Shown piece by piece: positions 18,420-25,500 of a DNA stretch of 27,851 bases (its first letter is position 1; every line of letters starts with the position of its first letter). The notes under the pieces were generated by a model that was given only the letters and a program-made list of their open reading frames with translations, was not told the origin of the DNA and searched no databases. Source of the DNA: a virus (lineage: Duplodnaviria; Caudoviricetes). The translations under genes were made by a program, and so were the position numbers. Location of the stretch: IMG/VR virus record IMGVR_UViG_3300044723_006031, positions 1-27,851 of that record; one strand, given 5' to 3'.

Positions 18420-19352
18420 ATGGAAGAAAGACTACTCTCTTTACTGGAATCTGTCTTAGGTAAAGCTAAGAAAACATCGGGCGATAACTATGCGTTTTGG
18501 TCTCCGTTTGTGAATCATCATAAACCTAAATTAGAGATAAACATAAAGTTAAACTCAAATGCTGATAACCCTTGGCATTGTTGGATATCCGATGAGAAAG
18601 GTAAATCAATCCGTTCTCTTTTCAGAAAACTTAAAGTATCTAAAGAGGTATGGGATGAACACAATTCTATATTTAAAAGAAAATACAGATACAGAACGGA
18701 TTCAACTACTGAAGAATCCAAAGTAGTTCAGTTACCAAAAGAATATATACCATTGTGGAAACCTTCTACATCCATCATAAGGAAGCATGCGTTATCTTAT
18801 TTGACTAGAAGGGGTGTAACACCAGCAGAGGTATTAAAGTATCAAATAGGGTATTGTGAGGAAGGAATGTACAAACATAAAATTATAGTTCCATCTTACA
18901 ATGAAAATGGTATGTTAAATTATTTTGTAGGAAGAAGTTTTTATGATACGGCATTTAAACATAAGAATCCAGATGTATCTAAAGATGTGGTAGGGTTTGA
19001 GATGTTTGTTAATTGGGATTTACCGATTGTAATATGTGAGGGAGTATTTGATGCAATCGCAGTTAGAATGAATAGTATCCCATTGTTTGGTAAATCACCA
19101 CAATCGGAACTACAAAAGAAAATAATTAGTAAGGGTGTTAAAAGTGTATATCTAGCATTAGATTCAGATGCTTTTAAGAACTCACTCCGATTCGCAGAAT
19201 CCCTTATGAATAATGGAGTGGGTGTTCACATCGTTGAACTAAAAGATTCAGACCCATCAGATATGGGTTTTAAAACTATTAATGAAAAAATAAAAAATAC
19301 TGAATTACTTTCACTAAGAAAGTTAATGGAGTATAAGTTATTAGGTGTATGA
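18420..19352 (+). CDS. DNA primase (DnaG/gp61-like, TOPRIM)
   Basis: YLTRRG, YQIGYC, IIVPSY...YFVGRS, ICEGVFDA, LALDSDA and DPSDMG motifs; degenerate N-terminal zinc-ribbon region. Confidence 0.9.
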   Translation: MEERLLSLLESVLGKAKKTSGDNYAFWSPFVNHHKPKLEINIKLNSNADNPWHCWISDEKGKSIRSLFRKLKVSKEVWDEHNSIFKRKYRYRTDSTTEESKVVQLPKEYIPLWKPSTSIIRKHALSYLTRRGVTPAEVLKYQIGYCEEGMYKHKIIVPSYNENGMLNYFVGRSFYDTAFKHKNPDVSKDVVGFEMFVNWDLPIVICEGVFDAIAVRMNSIPLFGKSPQSELQKKIISKGVKSVYLALDSDAFKNSLRFAESLMNNGVGVHIVELKDSDPSDMGFKTINEKIKNTELLSLRKLMEYKLLGV

Positions 19353-22300
19353 GAAAATCAAAACGAATTAAGTATGATGGTACAATCAAAAAGATTTACC
19401 ACATAGCTGATGTACATATCAGAAATTTAAAAAGACATAAAGAGTATAGAGAAGTATTCGAAAACCTTTATGAGTACATAAAAACCACAAAAACTGATGA
19501 TAGTGTTATTGTTCTTTGTGGGGATATTGTTCATGCAAAAACAGATATGACTCCTGAAGTTATAGAGATGACTCAAACATTTCTAAAATCGTTATCGGAT
19601 ATGTTACCAACTATTCTGATACCAGGTAATCACGATGCTAACCTAAACAATCCATCTCGATTGGATGCGTTATCACCAATCGTAAATGCAATAAACCATT
19701 CAAATCTACATTATCTGAAAGATGATGGAGTTTGGAAGATGGGTGGAATTTCCTTTTCACACTCATCGGTTTTTGGAGAATCAAAAGAGATTATACCATC
19801 TGAAGAGGTGCATGGTAATTATAAGATTGCACTATATCATGCTCCTGTCGATAAGGTAAAAACAGAATACGGATTCCAATTAGAGAATAAAAACGTAAAG
19901 GTAGATTCATTCGATGGTTACGATTTAGTTCTATTGGGAGATATCCACGTACCAAATCAATCATTAAATGATGAGGGTACGATTAAGTATTGTGGTTCTA
20001 CAATTATGCAGAATCATGCTGAAGCTAAATACCCTGAGCATGGGATATTAGTTTGGGATGTTGATACAAAAGAATCCGAGTTCGTTCCAATTCATAACGA
20101 TTATGGGTATGTAACTATAGATGTAGAAGATGGTAAGGTGATTGGTAATCCAACCATCCCTAACAAACCTCGTATGAGAATTAGAGTTAAGGATACATCA
20201 CAATCACAACTGAAGAAAATCATATCAGAGGTTAAGACGGGTAGGAAAGTGCAGGAATTAACAATTCAAAAGGTATTATCTGATACAAATGATTCTAATG
20301 GTGGTTCTGATATTACATTACAAAACGTTAGAGATATTGGATTCCAAAATCAAATGTTAGAATCATTCCTATCAGATAAGTATATAATTGATGATGAACA
20401 AATGGAAGTTATACGAAACATTAACCAAGATATAAACAACAAATTGGGTAGTGTGAAGGGTATGAAGAATATTATATGGAAACCAAAAACATTTGAGTTT
20501 TCTAATATGTTTTCATATGGTACAAACAACATAATTGATTTCTCACAAATGAAAGGTGCTTACGGAATCTTCGCTCCAAACGCTAGTGGTAAATCATCAC
20601 TATGGGATGCACTATCGTTTTGTTTATTTGATAGATGTTCTCGTACAAATAAAGCATTGGATGTATTAAACTATTCTAAATCTAAATTTGATTGTAAATT
20701 CAACTTTGAGATTAATGGTGTTGATTACTTTATAGAAAGAGTTGGTAAGAAATCACCAAAAAGAGGAACTGTAAAGGTTGATGTAAACTTTTATTGTATT
20801 GTAGATGGAGTAGAACATTCATTAAATGGTGAAGAACGTAGAGATACAAACTCTATAATTAGACAGTATGTTGGTTCGTATGATGATTTTATTCTTACAG
20901 CAATGTCTAACCAGTCTAATAGTGGGGGGTTCATTGAGAAATCACAAAGAGAAAAGAAAGAACTACTTGCTCAATTCTTAGATATGAATGTATTTGAGGA
21001 ATTGTATCAGATAGCTAATGATGAGATTAGAGAGTTAAGCGCTTTACTAAAAGATTATAAAAATCAAAACTTTACTGATAAGTTGGTAGAGGCAAAGGAA
21101 GATTTACAAAAGAATGAAAAGGTACTAATCAAACAAAAAAATGAGTTATCTAAATTTAAAGATACTCAAAGTGGTTTAAGAGAACGAAAGGATAGTTTAG
21201 TATCTGATTTAAAAACTGTAGATGATACAATAATAGATATTGATTCGTTAAAGGAACTTAAACATAAACTTAAAAAACAAATTTCAGATAAATCAAATGA
21301 GTGTGCTGGTTATGTTAATAATTTAGAATCATTCAAAGATTCTTTAGAAGAATGTGAATCTAACTATTCAACATATGATTTACCTAAGTTACAAGAAAAC
21401 CATTTAAAGTACCAAGCATACGTTAATCGGTTAGAAGAGATAACATTATCGTTAGATAGTTTGAATACCAATATTGAACATAAGAAAGAACATTTAGATG
21501 GTATTGGTTCATTATCATTTGATGATAATTGTGAACATTGTGTAAAGAATAAAAACACACCATTCGCTAGAAAATCAAAAACATTATCAGAAGATATTGA
21601 AAAGATGGCATTAACATCAAAGAGATTAACCAACGAAATTGTTGATTTGAAATCTGAAATGTATAAGTATGATGTTAGAGATGCGTTGGTAACTGTTAAG
21701 AATTTAAAAGATGAATGTGATACTTTAAAAAATCAAATAGAAAAGTTAGAACTGACTAGCAAGTCTTGTAACTTAGAATTATCAGAGTTAAAAAGCAAAT
21801 TAGTTTCAACTGAAGATAATATAAATAAATCCTTTGAACAAGAAGCATCAGTAAAGCATAATATAAAGATACAACAACATATTGATATAGTAAAGGAATC
21901 TTTAAATAATTTAGAAACTGATATGTCAGTCTTACATAACGAAATAACTAATGTAGTTGGTGATATTAGAATCTCAGAGAATGTGATTCAAACTGTAAAT
22001 GATTCTATCGATAAGTTAGAGATGATGGAGCAGAAATATGAAGGATATGAATATTATTTACAATGTGTTAGAAGAGATGGAATACCATATCAACTAATCT
22101 CAGAAATACTTCCTAAATTAGAAGTAGAAATAAATAACATATTACAACCAATTGTGGATTTTCAAATAATTTTAAATACAGATGGTAAAAACATAAACTC
22201 ATATATAGCATATGGAACAGATGAGTTTTGGCCATTAGAGTTGACAAGTGGAATGGAGAAGTTTATTTCATCCGTAGCAATCAGAACTGCGTTGGTAAAT

Positions 22301-22519
22301 GTATCAAACCTACCACGTCCAAACTTTATTGCAATTGATGAAGGATTTGGTTCTTTAGATACGGATAACTTTAATTCTCTATATTTATTATTTGATTATC
22401 TAAAGAATCAATTTGATTTCATAGTTACGATTTCACATATAGATAAAACTAGGGATATGGTTGACCAAATAATAGATATCACAAAATTAGGTGGATTTTC
22501 ATCAATTAGATATTTATAG
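19349..22519 (+). CDS. Fused Mre11-Rad50 (SbcD-SbcC; T4 gp47-gp46-like) nuclease/ATPase
   Basis: Metallophosphoesterase motifs ADVH, GDIVH, GNHD, YH and GDIH. Walker A APNASGKSS (~20573-20599), coiled coil with zinc-hook CEHC (21530-21541), signature TSGMEK, Walker B IDEGFGSLD and H-switch ISH, all in one frame. ATGA overlap with the primase. Confidence 0.92.
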   Translation: MRKSKRIKYDGTIKKIYHIADVHIRNLKRHKEYREVFENLYEYIKTTKTDDSVIVLCGDIVHAKTDMTPEVIEMTQTFLKSLSDMLPTILIPGNHDANLNNPSRLDALSPIVNAINHSNLHYLKDDGVWKMGGISFSHSSVFGESKEIIPSEEVHGNYKIALYHAPVDKVKTEYGFQLENKNVKVDSFDGYDLVLLGDIHVPNQSLNDEGTIKYCGSTIMQNHAEAKYPEHGILVWDVDTKESEFVPIHNDYGYVTIDVEDGKVIGNPTIPNKPRMRIRVKDTSQSQLKKIISEVKTGRKVQELTIQKVLSDTNDSNGGSDITLQNVRDIGFQNQMLESFLSDKYIIDDEQMEVIRNINQDINNKLGSVKGMKNIIWKPKTFEFSNMFSYGTNNIIDFSQMKGAYGIFAPNASGKSSLWDALSFCLFDRCSRTNKALDVLNYSKSKFDCKFNFEINGVDYFIERVGKKSPKRGTVKVDVNFYCIVDGVEHSLNGEERRDTNSIIRQYVGSYDDFILTAMSNQSNSGGFIEKSQREKKELLAQFLDMNVFEELYQIANDEIRELSALLKDYKNQNFTDKLVEAKEDLQKNEKVLIKQKNELSKFKDTQSGLRERKDSLVSDLKTVDDTIIDIDSLKELKHKLKKQISDKSNECAGYVNNLESFKDSLEECESNYSTYDLPKLQENHLKYQAYVNRLEEITLSLDSLNTNIEHKKEHLDGIGSLSFDDNCEHCVKNKNTPFARKSKTLSEDIEKMALTSKRLTNEIVDLKSEMYKYDVRDALVTVKNLKDECDTLKNQIEKLELTSKSCNLELSELKSKLVSTEDNINKSFEQEASVKHNIKIQQHIDIVKESLNNLETDMSVLHNEITNVVGDIRISENVIQTVNDSIDKLEMMEQKYEGYEYYLQCVRRDGIPYQLISEILPKLEVEINNILQPIVDFQIILNTDGKNINSYIAYGTDEFWPLELTSGMEKFISSVAIRTALVNVSNLPRPNFIAIDEGFGSLDTDNFNSLYLLFDYLKNQFDFIVTISHIDKTRDMVDQIIDITKLGGFSSIRYL

Positions 22520-22554
22520 TTATAAGTGTATTTTTGATACTTATATATAAAGTA
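22510..22554 (+). promoter_or_regulatory. Tandem candidate late promoters (ATATTTATAG at 22510; TTTTTGATACTTATATATAAAGTA at 22531)
   Basis: The second copy matches 2575-2598 at 22 of 24 positions. Upstream of the giant fibre gene. Confidence 0.55.
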
Positions 22555-22573
22555 GAAATAGTAGGAGAAATGA

Positions 22574-25500
22574 ATGTCTTTAGAATATAGGTTTAAAGAA
22601 ACAGAAAACTTAAAGGATGTACAAACGTTCATCGTTGACACAACACAACTTTCAAATAAGTACTTCAGAGTTTCAGATGTTCCGCAGGTTTTACAACAAG
22701 GTAAAAACTTATTAAGAATTACTGCTCATCCAACCAATTTGGTAGATGGTACACAGATATACGTCGATGTTAGAGATTCTAACGGAGAACCTATCTATTT
22801 TGAAATTCCTGATTATTTAGAGAATGATAAAAGTAGAGTAATATCTATATGGATTTATAACGATAAGGGTAGTGATAACACCGCAAATGGTGAAGCTACT
22901 ATTACACTATTGGGTACTGCTAATGTTGATTTAAACGGAAATCCACTACCACCTAATCAGAGGGGTAAGATAAACGTTAAATGGCAGACTACATTAAATG
23001 TAGATAGAAATAGGAATAACTCTTCAGAGATTATATTCAATACGAATAATGTTCCAAACGTTATAGTTTCCCAAAGTATAGAATTTTACCAGAACCAATC
23101 TCAAGAAACCATTTTCTCTCCTCGAGAAAATCGAATTACACTAGCAAAAACCACTCAGACTGGTAAGGCTAGATATATATTTAGTGGGGAAACACCTATA
23201 ATCCAAATTACAGATTCTAGCACACTTAATTCTGAAATGATTGATGGTGATATAACCCTATATGAATTTACAGAACCAGCAACACCCATAACTAACATAG
23301 AAGGACCTCGGAGTTCTACATTCTTTCGTTCATCAATCGGTTCTATATTAAATGCAACCACACTAAAACCATTAACAAACTTTACTACATCATTTGATAA
23401 TAGAGAAGATTTAACACATACATATGAATCAATATCTGAAGCAAATTACATAATACAATATATTCAGAGTGGTTCTAATGTATTAACACAAAACAAAAGA
23501 AATTTTGTAAACTTACAACTTAGTAACATAGACCCTATAACTGGTGTTGTAGATAAAATAAAAATATTAGCAAAATCGCAAGGATTATCAGGTGACTTTG
23601 AATTCTTAAATGAAGTACAAATACCTTATAGTTCATCGGTTGATATAAAAGTACCGATTCCATCTAAAAACTTAAATGACCCTAAGATATTAAAGTTACT
23701 ATACTTAAACGCTGAGGGTAGTATATCAAAAACAGAAACGATATTATCAGAACCATTTATATTTGATGGTGAGCAAGTTTATATTGGTGGAGAGGATAAC
23801 TTAATTACTGGTTCTATTTTTATATCTAATACATTAGGAACTGGTATTGAGATTGGTGGGGCTCCTAGTGGATTCATTCGTTCCGTTGGATATAGCGGTA
23901 TTACATCGGCATCTTTAGGAAAAGCACCAGGTGGATTCGTAATCTATAGTGGTTCGGATAATCTTGTATTTGGTGAAGACCAATTATTAGGTGTTGGTAT
24001 GCAGCTCGTTGGAGATAACGATGCTAGACACCTTGTATTCTCAACAGCAAATGGTGGTATTTTAGATGTTAAAACCGATAAGTTCTTTATTGGTAATCTA
24101 ACCGAACAATATATAAGTGGTTCAGATGGTAATATTGAAATTAGTTCATCTATATTTCACTTAGACCCTAAAAATGACCTATTAGTTATTGGAGCAGATG
24201 CTATTATAGAAGCAGACGTAACTGCTAATAACATTAGAACTCCTGCTACAATTAATGGGGTACAATCTACTGAAGCAAATGCATCATCATCTATAAAAGC
24301 AGATGGTTTCGCAAGATTCGTATCAGCATCAATTGGTGGGTTAAAATTAGTAGATGATAAACTATTCGCTGGAAGTGGAACGTGGAATAATTCTAATACA
24401 GGATTCTATGTAGATTCAGGTTCATTTTTTTCGTTAGGTAATAAATTATCTTGGAATCCTTCAACATCTACACTAACAATCGTTGGACAACTAAACTTTG
24501 CAGATGGTACTTCGGTATCAGAAGCTATTGATAATGCATCAAGCAGTTCAGTTGCAAGAATAGTGGACTTATCAGCTGATACATATGTTATTACATTTGA
24601 TGCAGATGGGAACGAAGACCCATCTGGTCAAACAATAACACTAACGGCAACACCACAAAACTTTACAGGTGATGTGTATTATGAATTTTATAAAGATTCC
24701 GCTATTCAAGGAAGTAGAAGTACTACAAACACATTTAGTGTAGATACTACATTAGAAAAACCAACGGCAACTTCTCCTGTAAGTTATGAAGTAAGAGCAT
24801 ATACAGGTTCAAGTGGTGGAACGCCTGAATCAACCGATACGTTAACGTTATTTGGTATTAGGCCAGGTCAAGATGCCGTAACGGCATTCCTTACTAATGA
24901 AGCTCATACTCTTCCATTAAGTTCATCAGGCGTAATTCAATCATATGCAGGTGCTGATACTCAAATGAAAGTATTTGAGGGTATTACAGATAAAACTTCA
25001 GCTTATACATTTACTGAAAGTTCACCATCACATATAACGGCAACCTCTTCATCAAATGAATTTACTATAACATCTACAACAACACCACATAGTGGTAGTA
25101 TTACGATTACTGCTGCTAGTGGTTCGGTATCATTATCTAAAATAATGTCAATTGGTGTAACTAGACAGGGTGATGATGGTTCTGATGGAACTCCAGGTGT
25201 AAATGGTGATAACGCAAAAACATTGGTAGCGAGTGTTGATTCTCAAATATTCGCATTTGATGATTCAACAGATAACTCAGCAACACCAGGTAGTATTACA
25301 TTCTCATTTTCACAACAGAATCTAAACGATACAATTCAATCATCTGATATTACAATCACAACCGCTGATAGTAATTCAGTTACAAACTTCTCATTTGATA
25401 ATAATAGTGTAGGTGGACCAGCAAATCAAAAAAGTGGTATCGTAAGTGGTAGTGTATCATTTACTGGTGGATTTAGTAGTGGTGGTTTAAATGGGGCTAA

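Noticed and set aside
6709-23361. Other short minus-strand ORFs in the track
   Set aside because: All lie wholly or largely opposite long, motif-bearing + strand genes, have shadow-like composition and show no recognisable motifs.
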